Shown one piece after another: positions 29,125 through 38,703 of a DNA stretch of 64,000 nucleotides. Positions within the stretch are counted from its first letter, which is position 1; every line of letters begins with the position of its first letter. Both the position numbers and the translations under genes were made by a program. Under the pieces are notes generated by a model. It saw nothing but the letters and a program-made list of their open reading frames with translations. It searched no databases and was not told where the DNA came from. Source of the DNA: Candidatus Magasanikiibacteriota bacterium (lineage in GTDB: Bacteria; Patescibacteriota; Patescibacteriia; Magasanikbacterales; GWA2-37-8); the NCBI GenBank assembly GCA_041678665.1, contig JBAYNU010000002.1, forward strand, positions 5,039 to 69,038, written 5' to 3'.

Positions 29125-31299
29125 ATGTTTAAACGAATATTAATTGCCCTATTTTGTCTGTTGTTTCCGGTCTTGACGTTGGCCCAGTCTGATTTCAACC
29201 CCAACTTCATTATTTCGGATACTGAAACGCAAGATAGCAATTGCTGGACCCGCAACGATGTCCAGCAATTTTTAACTGCACGTGGCAGTTTTTTGCGTAA
29301 CTATACTTGCGCCGATGCCAGTGGCACCACCAAAACAGCGGCCGATATTATTTACGAAGCGGCACAAACTTATAATATCAACCCTAAATTTTTATTGGTA
29401 ACCCTGCAAAAAGAACAAAGTTTGGTAACCGATGACTCGCCTTCGCAAAAACAATTGGATTGGGCGACTGGGTATAGTGTGTGCGATTCATGCTCAATGG
29501 ACGACCCGAATTTACAAAAATTCCGCGGATTCGGTAAGCAAGTGGATAACGCGGCGGGCTTAATTCGCTGGTATTACGACAATAAAGACAATAAAAGTTA
29601 TATTAAGAAAAAAGACGCGCCCGTAATGATAGATAATACCCAAGTAACCCCGGACAGTTGGGCTACGGCATTTCTTTACACCTACACCCCTCACTTGCAC
29701 GGCAACAAAAATTTTTGGCGCATTTGGGAAACATGGTTTGGCCAAGTTTATCCCAATGGCACTATTTTTAAAACAGCATCATCGAGCGAATACTGGATGT
29801 TGCAAGACGGTAAGTTAAGAAAATTCAAAAATACCACCGCGCTCATTACCCGCGCCGACCCCAAAATGGCTGTGCCTATTTCTGAAACGGATCTATCCAA
29901 TTACCCAGCTGGTTTGGAAATTTCTTTTCCCAATTATTCTTTGCTAAAAACTTCGTCTTCATACTATCTGCTTGACTACGACACCTTGCGTCCGTTTGAA
30001 AGCGAAACAACGGTGTTTAAACTTGGCTTTAACCCGCAAGAAGTAATTGATGTAACCGAAACGGATTTAGCTGGATATTTGGTCGGTGCCACCATCACCG
30101 CGTCTTCCACCGCTCCCACCGGTATTATTTATTATGTGCCGGAATTAAAAGAACCCTACTATTATATCAAGGATGGGGTGGCGCGAGTGATTATTGACAA
30201 GCGCGTGGTAGAAGTCAACTTTAAAAAACTTAAAGTGGAAAAACGCGCGATTAAAGATTTACGCAAATTTACTTTGGCTAATGATTTAATAAATTTTAAA
30301 GACGGTATATTACTAAAAGCTAAAGAATTTAAATCCATCTATGTAATTGAAGACGGCCAGGCGCGCGCCATTGCTGATAATGATACCTTCAACGCCCTAG
30401 GATATAAACACGAAAATATTATCACTGTCCCACTCACAACTCTTATGGCCCTGCCTCAAGGCGAGCCGTTATATTTAAATACTTCCCTACTCTCTAAAAC
30501 TGATAAATTTCTAGGTGATTCCGAGGCAAACGTTGATGATTTGTTTGGATCCAAACTGCCGGTGTATTTAATTGCCGAATATCCCAGCGGTCGTATTATT
30601 TCCGGGAAAAATATTGATACTCAACGGCCAATTGCTTCAATTGTAAAAATTCTTACGGCTTATGAAGCTTTAAATCAAAGTTTTGATTTGAAAAAAACCA
30701 CTGTCTATAAATCCAAACTTTACGCTTCCGAAGGCAACCCGCTCAAATTTAAAGATGGACAGAAAATTTCCAATAGTGATATTTTTGCCTCCATGCTGGT
30801 AATTTCAGCTAATACTTGCGCGCGTATAGTGGCGCAAACTAGCGGGTTAACTACAGAAGAAGGTTTTATCCATGCCATCAACAACCGTTTAGCTGACTGG
30901 GGAGCAGATAATTCCAAAATGGTCGAGCCAACCGGCCTTGATCCAAACAATGTTTCCACAGCCCGAGATTTACTTAAGATATTTGTCAAAATCCTTAAAA
31001 ATGATATAATTAAAGACAGTCTAGATGACGTCAATTACAAGCTAAATACTATATTTTCCGGCAAAACTAGACGAACCATTACTAACACCAATTTACTTTA
31101 TCAACAAAAAAAACTACCTTATAAAATTTTAGCCAGTAAAACCGGCTACATTGACGAATCGGGTTCGAATTTAATAATACTTATCGAAGATCCGAAAACA
31201 AAAAAACAATATGTAATCATCACTTTAGGAGAATCAAATTATGCCAATCGCTTTGTCGAGCCGGATAAAATGGCCAAATGGACCATCAATCAAAAATAA
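29125..31299 (+). CDS. Secreted multidomain protein with C-terminal S11 D,D-carboxypeptidase domain
   Basis: Signal peptide from ATG 29125; ASIVK (SxxK), SAN (SxN), KTG motifs. Confidence 0.8.
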   Translation: MFKRILIALFCLLFPVLTLAQSDFNPNFIISDTETQDSNCWTRNDVQQFLTARGSFLRNYTCADASGTTKTAADIIYEAAQTYNINPKFLLVTLQKEQSLVTDDSPSQKQLDWATGYSVCDSCSMDDPNLQKFRGFGKQVDNAAGLIRWYYDNKDNKSYIKKKDAPVMIDNTQVTPDSWATAFLYTYTPHLHGNKNFWRIWETWFGQVYPNGTIFKTASSSEYWMLQDGKLRKFKNTTALITRADPKMAVPISETDLSNYPAGLEISFPNYSLLKTSSSYYLLDYDTLRPFESETTVFKLGFNPQEVIDVTETDLAGYLVGATITASSTAPTGIIYYVPELKEPYYYIKDGVARVIIDKRVVEVNFKKLKVEKRAIKDLRKFTLANDLINFKDGILLKAKEFKSIYVIEDGQARAIADNDTFNALGYKHENIITVPLTTLMALPQGEPLYLNTSLLSKTDKFLGDSEANVDDLFGSKLPVYLIAEYPSGRIISGKNIDTQRPIASIVKILTAYEALNQSFDLKKTTVYKSKLYASEGNPLKFKDGQKISNSDIFASMLVISANTCARIVAQTSGLTTEEGFIHAINNRLADWGADNSKMVEPTGLDPNNVSTARDLLKIFVKILKNDIIKDSLDDVNYKLNTIFSGKTRRTITNTNLLYQQKKLPYKILASKTGYIDESGSNLIILIEDPKTKKQYVIITLGESNYANRFVEPDKMAKWTINQK

Positions 31300-31317
31300 T
31301 TTTTTCAAAATCTGTTA

Positions 31318-31361
31318 CCCAAAACCTGCCGGCAGGCAGGGCTAACAGCTATTAACTAAAC
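31318..31361. repeat. AGCTA-family heptamer array interrupted by CCTGCCGGCAGGCAGG
   Basis: cccaaaa [cctgccggcaggcagg 31325-31340] gctaaca gctatta actaaac. Confidence 0.7.
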
Positions 31362-31363
31362 AT

Positions 31364-32161
31364 ATGTCTCTCGTTTTCGCCGCTATTGCGCCTCATCCGC
31401 CAATCTTAATACCCACTATCGGCCAAGAAGCATTGAAAAAAATTAACAAAACCAAAAGAGCTCTTGAACAACTGGAAGAAGATTTATATTTGAGCAAACC
31501 CGATATATTATTGGTAGTTGCTCCTCATAATAATTTGATGACCGATGCTTTTACTCTCAATGTTTGCACGGAATACGAAACTGACTTACGCGATTTTGGT
31601 GATTTATCTACCCGTCTTAAATTTAAAGGTGATATTGGCTTGGCCACCAATATTTTGGAAGCCAGCAAGGATACCAACGTCCCCACGGTAATGTTTAGTG
31701 AAAGATTAATTGATCACGGGGCAACAGTGCCACTTTTTTGCCTAGCCAACCATATTACCAATGCCAATATAATTCCGGTTGGATTCGCGACAGATTTGGG
31801 TTGGAAAAAACATGTTGATTTTGGTACGTTGATAAAAGATCAAATCATGAACACCAACAAGCGGGTGGCGGTAATTGCTTCGGGTGATTTATCGCACGCC
31901 CTCACCTCTGATTCACCAGCTGGATTCAATACCGCCGGCGTGGAATTTGATACTAAAATTCAAGAATTTCTACCCAATAAAAATTTAGTAGGCATGATGC
32001 AGTGGGAAGAAAAATTTATCAAAAATGCAGCCGCCGATGCTGGTTTTCGTACCATTCTTATTCTTATGGGAATTTTACATGATGTTAACTATACCTACAA
32101 ATCCTACTGCTACGAAAATCCGTTGGGGGTGGGATATTTAACAGCGAATTTTGTGTTATAA
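31364..32161 (+). CDS. LigB/MEMO-like (AmmeMemoRadiSam B-type) protein
   Basis: APHPPILIP, DHGATVPL, IASGDLSH, GVGY. Confidence 0.82.
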   Translation: MSLVFAAIAPHPPILIPTIGQEALKKINKTKRALEQLEEDLYLSKPDILLVVAPHNNLMTDAFTLNVCTEYETDLRDFGDLSTRLKFKGDIGLATNILEASKDTNVPTVMFSERLIDHGATVPLFCLANHITNANIIPVGFATDLGWKKHVDFGTLIKDQIMNTNKRVAVIASGDLSHALTSDSPAGFNTAGVEFDTKIQEFLPNKNLVGMMQWEEKFIKNAAADAGFRTILILMGILHDVNYTYKSYCYENPLGVGYLTANFVL

Positions 32162-32169
32162 AAACACTA

Positions 32170-32259
32170 CTCCCTCCCCTCTTAGGGGAGGGATAAAGGG
32201 CGGGGTATTTGGTTGGCCTTTATACCCCCACCTCTATCCTCCCCTTAAGAGGGGGAGGA
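32170..32259. repeat. GC-rich double-hairpin inverted repeat element
   Basis: tccctcccct-ctt-aggggaggga...ggggta / tacccc...tcctcccct-taag-agggggagga. Confidence 0.75.
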
Positions 32260-32269
32260 AAACTACTCT

Positions 32270-32560
32270 ATGGACGGCATTAGAAACATCTTGACAAAAC
32301 AGGCAAAAGATGCTATTAAACCCAATAAAAACATCCACTCCGAGGCTCATTATTGGGCCGACGTAATATCTTCGGCTTTTGGGGAACGCAAAAAATTCGG
32401 AATGTATTTAGGGATAATTAAACGAATTGGTGTGTCAGAAGCGCGCCGAATTTTTTCAGAAATTAATGACAGCCATGTGGCCAGCCCAGCCAAATTATTT
32501 TTATGGAAAGCGAGCAAGAAAAGTTTGGAGTCAACAGTTCAGAGCCAACAAAAAATATGA
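32270..32560 (+). CDS. Hypothetical protein
   Basis: 96-aa ORF, ATGA-coupled to def. Confidence 0.65.
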   Translation: MDGIRNILTKQAKDAIKPNKNIHSEAHYWADVISSAFGERKKFGMYLGIIKRIGVSEARRIFSEINDSHVASPAKLFLWKASKKSLESTVQSQQKI

Positions 32561-33045
32561 TTCTAAAAATCACCACCGAACCCAATCCAATTTTGCATAA
32601 AGTCGGCGCGCAAATAGCCCCGACTAATTTAATATCGGGAAAATATAATCAATTAATCGTCGACATGGTCGAAACAATGTATGCCGACGATGGTGTTGGC
32701 ATCGCCGCACCCCAAGTTGGCCAGTCTATTCAATTATGCGTGATTGCTAAACAATATAACCCAATTGATGCTAAACAAGACTTAATTTTAATTAATCCGG
32801 TCTGGGAAAAACTATCCATTCTCAAAAAAACTGATGAGGAAGGTTGTTTGTCTGTCCCTAATATTTACGGCAAAGTTAAGCGCTATACAAAAATTAGAGT
32901 GAAAGCGTTTGACCAGGCCGGTAAACCCATTAGTTTTATTGCCAAAGACTTCCCTGCTCGTATCATTCAACACGAAGTCGACCATCTCGATGGAATTTTG
33001 TTTATTGAGAAAGCAAAAAATTTACATAAAATAGAGAAGGAATAA
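32557..33045 (+). CDS. def: Peptide deformylase
   Basis: GVGIAAPQVG, EGCLS, QHEVDHLDG. Confidence 0.97.
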   Translation: MILKITTEPNPILHKVGAQIAPTNLISGKYNQLIVDMVETMYADDGVGIAAPQVGQSIQLCVIAKQYNPIDAKQDLILINPVWEKLSILKKTDEEGCLSVPNIYGKVKRYTKIRVKAFDQAGKPISFIAKDFPARIIQHEVDHLDGILFIEKAKNLHKIEKE

Positions 33046-33051
33046 TCAGTT

Positions 33052-33888
33052 ATGTTTTTGTCTTTTACCATCATCGCTATTGGTTCGGCCTTTTTTGCCG
33101 CTATCGCAAACATCATAGCACGATCCTTGTTAAAAAATTTGAGTTCGCGTGATTTTGTTGGAATAAATTTTTTAACAATGGGCGCAACCATGGTATTGGT
33201 CTCGCCTTTTTTTTATCATTTTCAAGCGACCATTTGGTTAATAATTATCTTGGCCGGAATGGCGCTCGTCGACACGCTCGCTAATTATCTTTATTTTAAG
33301 ACCTTCGAAAATACCGAAGCCATCATAGCCACCCCCATTCTTTCTCTAATCCCGGCATTCACTTTTTTCTTTAGTTGGATTATCTTAAAAGAAAACACTG
33401 GTTGGCAAACTTATTTAATTTGCTTAATTATAATTTTGGCGGTGGTATTTTTTTCCGTTGACTTCAAAAATTTTTCACAATTTAAGAAATTTACACTCGT
33501 ACCAGCCATTTCCTCGGCTATTTTATTTGGTCTTACTGCCATCCCACTAAAAATACTTCTAAGCAGCGGCGCTATTAACTCCCCCACTCTTTATATGTAT
33601 CGCGCCGGCTTCATTGCTCTGTTCTCTTTGTTGTTTTTCAAATTTCCGCTACGAGATATTTCCACCAAACAATACTGGACGATATTTGCTCGTGGCCTGT
33701 TCGTCATCGCCCAATATATATTATTATATTTTGCCATCAACCAAGGTAACACTGGTGTGGCGCTAACCTTGGGTAATATTACTCCGGTTTTTGTATTTAT
33801 CTTGGGGATCATATTTTTACACGAAAAACCAACTATTAAAAAAGCTCTAACGGCTACCCTTATTTTGATATTATCTTTAATTATATGA
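33052..33888 (+). CDS. DMT/EamA-family transporter
   Basis: About 10 TM in two repeats, FLHEKP. Confidence 0.8.
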   Translation: MFLSFTIIAIGSAFFAAIANIIARSLLKNLSSRDFVGINFLTMGATMVLVSPFFYHFQATIWLIIILAGMALVDTLANYLYFKTFENTEAIIATPILSLIPAFTFFFSWIILKENTGWQTYLICLIIILAVVFFSVDFKNFSQFKKFTLVPAISSAILFGLTAIPLKILLSSGAINSPTLYMYRAGFIALFSLLFFKFPLRDISTKQYWTIFARGLFVIAQYILLYFAINQGNTGVALTLGNITPVFVFILGIIFLHEKPTIKKALTATLILILSLII

Positions 33889-34901
33889 AAAAAATACTTG
33901 TACTATTTTGCGGCGGCACAATAGCTATGCACAAAAGTAAAACCACTGGAGCGTTAGATGTGCAAAACAAACAGATATCTGATTGGCTTTTAAAATTGGA
34001 GCCGCGTTTGGCTGATATCGCTAAAATTACCACTGAATTTATTGATAATATCGATAGCACTAATATCACCCATGTACTTTGGGAAAAATTGGTGCAAAAA
34101 ATTAATGATAACTATACCAGATATGATGGCTTCCTAATAACGATGGGTACTAATACCTTGGCCTATGCTTCAAGCGCTCTGTCATTCGCTTTATTAAAAA
34201 TAGGAAAACCAGTGGTATTAACTGGCGCCCAAATACCCGCTGAAGGAATAAGTTCGGATGCTCATAATAATTTAGTAAACGGAGTGCGAGTAGCCAGCAT
34301 GAAGTTAGGTGGCGTATTTGTAGTATTTGGCAGTAAAATTATTTTGGGTTGTCGTGCGAAAAAAATTAGCGAATCTGATCTTGATGCTTTCAAAACATTC
34401 AACAACCGTGATTTTGGGGAGATTTCTATTGGAATAAAAATTAATGACAACAACCACCTTGGCCACACCAAAAAATTTACACCCAAAAACGGATTTGATG
34501 ATAATGTTGTTTGTCTAACTTTAATTCCTGGGCTAAAAAATGAACATATTATAGGTATTATAAACAACGGGGTACGTGGTTTGGTTATTCGCGCCTATGG
34601 CTCCGGTGATATTCCATATGATTTATTGCCATCTTTAGAATATGCTAGAAATAAAAAAGTGCCAGTGGTGGTAACAACGCAATGCCCCGGTGGAGCAACT
34701 ATTATGGGATTAAATGATGTTGGGTTAAAAGCTCTTCATACCGGCGTTATTCAAGCATTCGATATGAGTATGGAAACAATGTCAACCAAACTAATGTGGT
34801 TACTAAAACAAAAAACGCCTTACGAAAAAATTCAAATAAAAATGCACGAAAATATGTGTGGTGAAGTGGATATAAACCGAGCAAAAGTATTTCTCAATTA
34901 A
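33885..34901 (+). CDS. ansA: Type I (cytoplasmic) L-asparaginase
   Basis: GGTIAM, IDSTN, GTNTLAY, KPVVLTGAQ. Confidence 0.88.
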   Translation: MKKILVLFCGGTIAMHKSKTTGALDVQNKQISDWLLKLEPRLADIAKITTEFIDNIDSTNITHVLWEKLVQKINDNYTRYDGFLITMGTNTLAYASSALSFALLKIGKPVVLTGAQIPAEGISSDAHNNLVNGVRVASMKLGGVFVVFGSKIILGCRAKKISESDLDAFKTFNNRDFGEISIGIKINDNNHLGHTKKFTPKNGFDDNVVCLTLIPGLKNEHIIGIINNGVRGLVIRAYGSGDIPYDLLPSLEYARNKKVPVVVTTQCPGGATIMGLNDVGLKALHTGVIQAFDMSMETMSTKLMWLLKQKTPYEKIQIKMHENMCGEVDINRAKVFLN

Positions 34902-34910
34902 TTTTACCAA

Positions 34911-35657
34911 ATGCCTGAGTTGCTACAAACAATCGGATTATTGCTTATTGGCTGTTTAGCTAGTTTTATTGGCTCAATGGTCGGCGGTGGCGGATTGATC
35001 AATATCACACTGTTAATTTTAGTAGGGGTACCGCCAAGTGTAGCGATTGCCACTAGTAAATTTGCCGGTGTGGCGTCGGCGGGCAGTTCTTTTACAAAAT
35101 ACGCAAAAGATAAGCAGATTGTTTGGAAATATGTTGCGATTTTGGTCATTCTAAGTCTACTGGGTGCCGTCATTGGCTCTGAGCTTCTGATAGTGACCGA
35201 CGCTAAAATACTAAAAGCCATTGTTACAATTCTTCTATTAATTCCTATTCCTTTAATCTTATTTAGTAAAAAATCGGGACTTAATATTATTACTACCTCG
35301 ATATTAAAAAAAATTATCGGGTCGCTATTATATTTTGGGGCGGGTATATATGGTGGTTTCTTTGGTGGCGGTTCTGGTATTCTAACAATTTCATCTCTCG
35401 TTTTTGGCTACGGACTAACTTACGTCAAAGCTTCGGCCACAGATGTTTTGCCTTGGCTAATATCGTCGATTATATCTTGCGTTATTTTCTATCAACATGG
35501 ATTAATTAATTTCCAATACGGTATTATCCTATTTATAGGATCTATACTGGGAGGATATCTAGGCGCCAAAACTGCCGTTCTCAAAGGTAACCGTTGGGTA
35601 AAAATAATTTTTCTATTTATGACTGTAGCTTTAGTGTTTAAATTAATCTTTTCCTAA
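34911..35657 (+). CDS. TauE/SafE (TSUP) family membrane protein
   Basis: GGGGLI, GIYGGFFGGGSG, GGYLGA. Confidence 0.85.
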   Translation: MPELLQTIGLLLIGCLASFIGSMVGGGGLINITLLILVGVPPSVAIATSKFAGVASAGSSFTKYAKDKQIVWKYVAILVILSLLGAVIGSELLIVTDAKILKAIVTILLLIPIPLILFSKKSGLNIITTSILKKIIGSLLYFGAGIYGGFFGGGSGILTISSLVFGYGLTYVKASATDVLPWLISSIISCVIFYQHGLINFQYGIILFIGSILGGYLGAKTAVLKGNRWVKIIFLFMTVALVFKLIFS

Positions 35658-35661
35658 TTCT

Positions 35662-36615
35662 GTGATTTCTGTAAATTTTTTTGGCACACATGATTTTGCG
35701 GCGGGAATTTTACAGGCGCTAATTGACAGCGCTGATTTTGAAATTAAAACCGTTTTCACGGTGCCGGATAAACCGATTGGTCGCCATCAGGAAATACAAA
35801 AATCTTCGGTAAAAATTTTGGCGGAAAAATATGGATTAAGAGTTGAACAACCGGAATCTCTACAAAATTTTTCCTTACTCCTTACTCCTTACTCCTTAAA
35901 CATCGTCTGCGATTACGGTTTGCTGATACCGAAAAACATTATTGATGCCCCGGGTCATGGCTCTCTCAATGTCCACCCTTCTCTACTCCCAAAATACCGC
36001 GGAGCGACACCTGTTCAGACGGCTTTAATGAATGGTGACAGCGAAACCGGTGTGACAATAATGCTGATGGATGAGAAGCTGGATCATGGCCCGATTTTGG
36101 CGTGGAAAACGATCAAAATTGATCCGACCGACAATTACACATCTTTGAGTGAAAAACTTCTAGAAACGGCCAAATCTTTGCTTATAGACACTGTCCAAAA
36201 GTGGGTTTTAGGGCCAAAAATGCCCCCCCAACCCCAGGATGACTCCAAGGCGACTGTTTGCCACGAATTGACTCGCGCTGATGGCCAGGTGGACTTCTCC
36301 GGTCAAACCGCCCAGCAGGTTTATAATCGCTTCCGCGCCCTTACCCCTTGGCCGGGGGTGTGGACGATGCTGGGTGGAAAACGGGTAAAACTACTATCTG
36401 TCATTACCGCCATGCCTACCGGCAGGCAGGCGAAAGCAGGAATCTGTGGCAGATCCCGGGTCAAGCCCGGGATGACAGCTATTGCGGATAATCAAATATT
36501 TTTTACCTGCGCCGATGGTAATCCAATCGAAGTATTAGAACTCCAAATGGAAGGAAAAAAACCAATGACTGCCAAAGAATTTATTAACGGATATAAAACA
36601 CTTCTCCATGCATAA
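35662..36615 (+). CDS. fmt: Methionyl-tRNA formyltransferase with two repeat-derived segments
   Basis: FFGT..FA, PDKPIGR, NVHPSLLPKYRGATP, LDHGP, PWPG. Confidence 0.95.
   Translation: MISVNFFGTHDFAAGILQALIDSADFEIKTVFTVPDKPIGRHQEIQKSSVKILAEKYGLRVEQPESLQNFSLLLTPYSLNIVCDYGLLIPKNIIDAPGHGSLNVHPSLLPKYRGATPVQTALMNGDSETGVTIMLMDEKLDHGPILAWKTIKIDPTDNYTSLSEKLLETAKSLLIDTVQKWVLGPKMPPQPQDDSKATVCHELTRADGQVDFSGQTAQQVYNRFRALTPWPGVWTMLGGKRVKLLSVITAMPTGRQAKAGICGRSRVKPGMTAIADNQIFFTCADGNPIEVLELQMEGKKPMTAKEFINGYKTLLHA
35872..35898 (+). repeat. Heptamer array (TCCTTAC)x4 inside fmt
   Basis: tccttac tccttac tccttac tcctta = SLLLTPYSL. Confidence 0.85.
36398..36478. repeat. TGTCAT...ATGACA element with nested CCTGCC-type insert, in frame in fmt
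   Basis: ctgtcatt...gccatgcctaccggcaggcaggcgaaagc...atcccgggtcaagcccgggatgacag, 81 bp. Confidence 0.85.
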
Positions 36616-38041
36616 CTTGTCCAATCGCGCTTTAATTTTTGGACTAATTACGATCTACGCGCTTATCCGCGTGGCTTCTTTTTTGACCTACGGAGAAACT
36701 GGCGCGCAAGAAATAATTTCTATAATCCTTGCCACAATTTTTGTATTTTTTTGTATAAAAAATATTTCATGGGCGTGGACTATCCTGATTGGAGAAATTT
36801 TACTTGACGGCGCCGGACATTTTTTTGAGTTAAAAAGTTTAATCCTACGCATCTGGTTTTTGGGGATTTTTACAATTATTTGGTTGATACAAAAAATCAG
36901 CGCGCGGGAAAAATTAAACCTTCCGCCCAAAAATGTGCTGATTGGCATGGTAACATTTGGTCTTTTTCTTTTTTATGCAATTGCCAACGGGCTAGCCCTG
37001 CGGCACTCCCCTATTTTTATCGCTCAGGACGCAATTTTATATTTATTTATTCTTCTGATTTTTCCCGCATTTGATTTTAAAAAATATTTTTTGACTCCTT
37101 ACTCAGTTATCGTTAAAACCTTCATCGTGGGTTCAGTAATATTTTCTCTAGTTACATTATTTTTATATTCCAGTGGACTGGCGATTTTAACCGATCCTTA
37201 TTATCATTGGTTTCGTAATATTGCTGCCGGAAAAATCACCGATCTGGGGCAAAATTTTTTTCGCATTGTTTTACCCGAACATTTATTTATTATTCCAATT
37301 ATTTTGGTGGTTGCGGCCTGCCTTATGCGTCAGCCAAAAAAACCCAGCCTTTGGATTTTAATGATTTGCGCTATTATAATTTTGGCGCTTAATTTTACCA
37401 GAATTTATATTTTGGCAATGATTGTTGGTTTGGTTGTTCTTTTTTACCGCGAAAATTTTAAAAAATGGTTCGCTGTATCAGTCGTCGCTTTGATAAGTTT
37501 GCTAATTATTTTTTGCTCGCTCCATCTTGTTGCTAGTCGCGGACAATCACTTGGTCTGGAACTGCTCGGCGTGCGAATGACCGGCATCCAAACGCCCGTT
37601 TCCGACCCAAGCGGAGCGATTCGCCTGGCGCTTTTACCGGATATTTTTCGGACAATAAAAAATAACCCACTGCTGGGCTCGGGTTTGGGTACGACTGTAA
37701 CTTATGTTGACCCCGCGACCAAAGAAACTCAAACTCGCACGCAATTTGACTGGGGATATTTGGAAATGATTGCTGAGTTGGGAATTATAGGTACACTTGC
37801 CTATTTGTCGCTTTTGGTTATAATCATTTTAAATTTATTTCGCGCGACTTATTCCATTGACGCGGAGAAAAATTTGCAACCTCTGCGCCGGGGACTATTC
37901 GCCGGGGCGATAGCATTGTTTTTTATCAACATTACTACGCCGGCGCTATTTCAAGGATTTGGCGTAATTTATTTTGTTTTGCTTATTTTAGCAAGTGATG
38001 TTTCCGCAAAATTGTCTCCCGCGCCACCTCGTATCTCTTAA
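36608..38041 (+). CDS. O-antigen ligase/polymerase-like membrane protein
   Basis: Multi-TM, FTR, NPLLGSGLG, AELGIIG. Confidence 0.78.
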   Translation: MHNLSNRALIFGLITIYALIRVASFLTYGETGAQEIISIILATIFVFFCIKNISWAWTILIGEILLDGAGHFFELKSLILRIWFLGIFTIIWLIQKISAREKLNLPPKNVLIGMVTFGLFLFYAIANGLALRHSPIFIAQDAILYLFILLIFPAFDFKKYFLTPYSVIVKTFIVGSVIFSLVTLFLYSSGLAILTDPYYHWFRNIAAGKITDLGQNFFRIVLPEHLFIIPIILVVAACLMRQPKKPSLWILMICAIIILALNFTRIYILAMIVGLVVLFYRENFKKWFAVSVVALISLLIIFCSLHLVASRGQSLGLELLGVRMTGIQTPVSDPSGAIRLALLPDIFRTIKNNPLLGSGLGTTVTYVDPATKETQTRTQFDWGYLEMIAELGIIGTLAYLSLLVIIILNLFRATYSIDAEKNLQPLRRGLFAGAIALFFINITTPALFQGFGVIYFVLLILASDVSAKLSPAPPRIS

Positions 38042-38687
38042 CCGACTTCGTTTTCCATGGTAATTTATACATAAAACTGGGCAGCCAATTACTTATCCCC
38101 ACTCGCCCCCCCACGATCGCTTTAAACAAAACTTCCGGCACAAAAACGCCGGTTTTATTTTGCTCTAACATAGTAAGCCATAAATCCCAATCTTGGAACC
38201 TCTTTAGTAGTTCATCCCAGACAGGGCAATCAACACGCTTAATAAGCGAGGTACACATAATATAATTAACTCTTTTTAATAAATCGGCGTCAAAAAAATT
38301 ACTCTTAATTTTTTTCCAACCAAATTGAAATTGCGAATAAGCATAACTAACTTGCGAATTATTCTTTAAAGCCGCCAACATTTTTGCAAGCATATCGGGC
38401 TTAGCAACCACGTCTGCATCCCAAAAAATTATGTAATCACCGTGAGATTCTTTGAAACCGCGATTGCGCGCCGCCGGAGCGCCTTTATTCTCTTGATTAA
38501 TTAATTTAATATTTAAAGATAATTTAATATTTTTATAAACTCTACTAAAATTATCGGTACTGCCATCATTGACCACAATTACTTCAAGCGGCCGATGGGT
38601 TTGACTTGCAACTGAACATAAACATCGCTCCAGGGTGTGGGCATGATTGTATACAGGAATAATTACGCTTATTAATTCATTGTCCAT
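37983..38687 (-). CDS. GT2 glycosyltransferase
   Basis: SVIIPVYN, VNDGSTD, ARNRG, DAD, QDWDLW. Confidence 0.92.
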   Translation of the reverse strand: MDNELISVIIPVYNHAHTLERCLCSVASQTHRPLEVIVVNDGSTDNFSRVYKNIKLSLNIKLINQENKGAPAARNRGFKESHGDYIIFWDADVVAKPDMLAKMLAALKNNSQVSYAYSQFQFGWKKIKSNFFDADLLKRVNYIMCTSLIKRVDCPVWDELLKRFQDWDLWLTMLEQNKTGVFVPEVLFKAIVGGRVGISNWLPSFMYKLPWKTKSVKRYEVARETILRKHHLLK

Positions 38688-38703
38688 AAATCTTAAATTA
38701 TTT

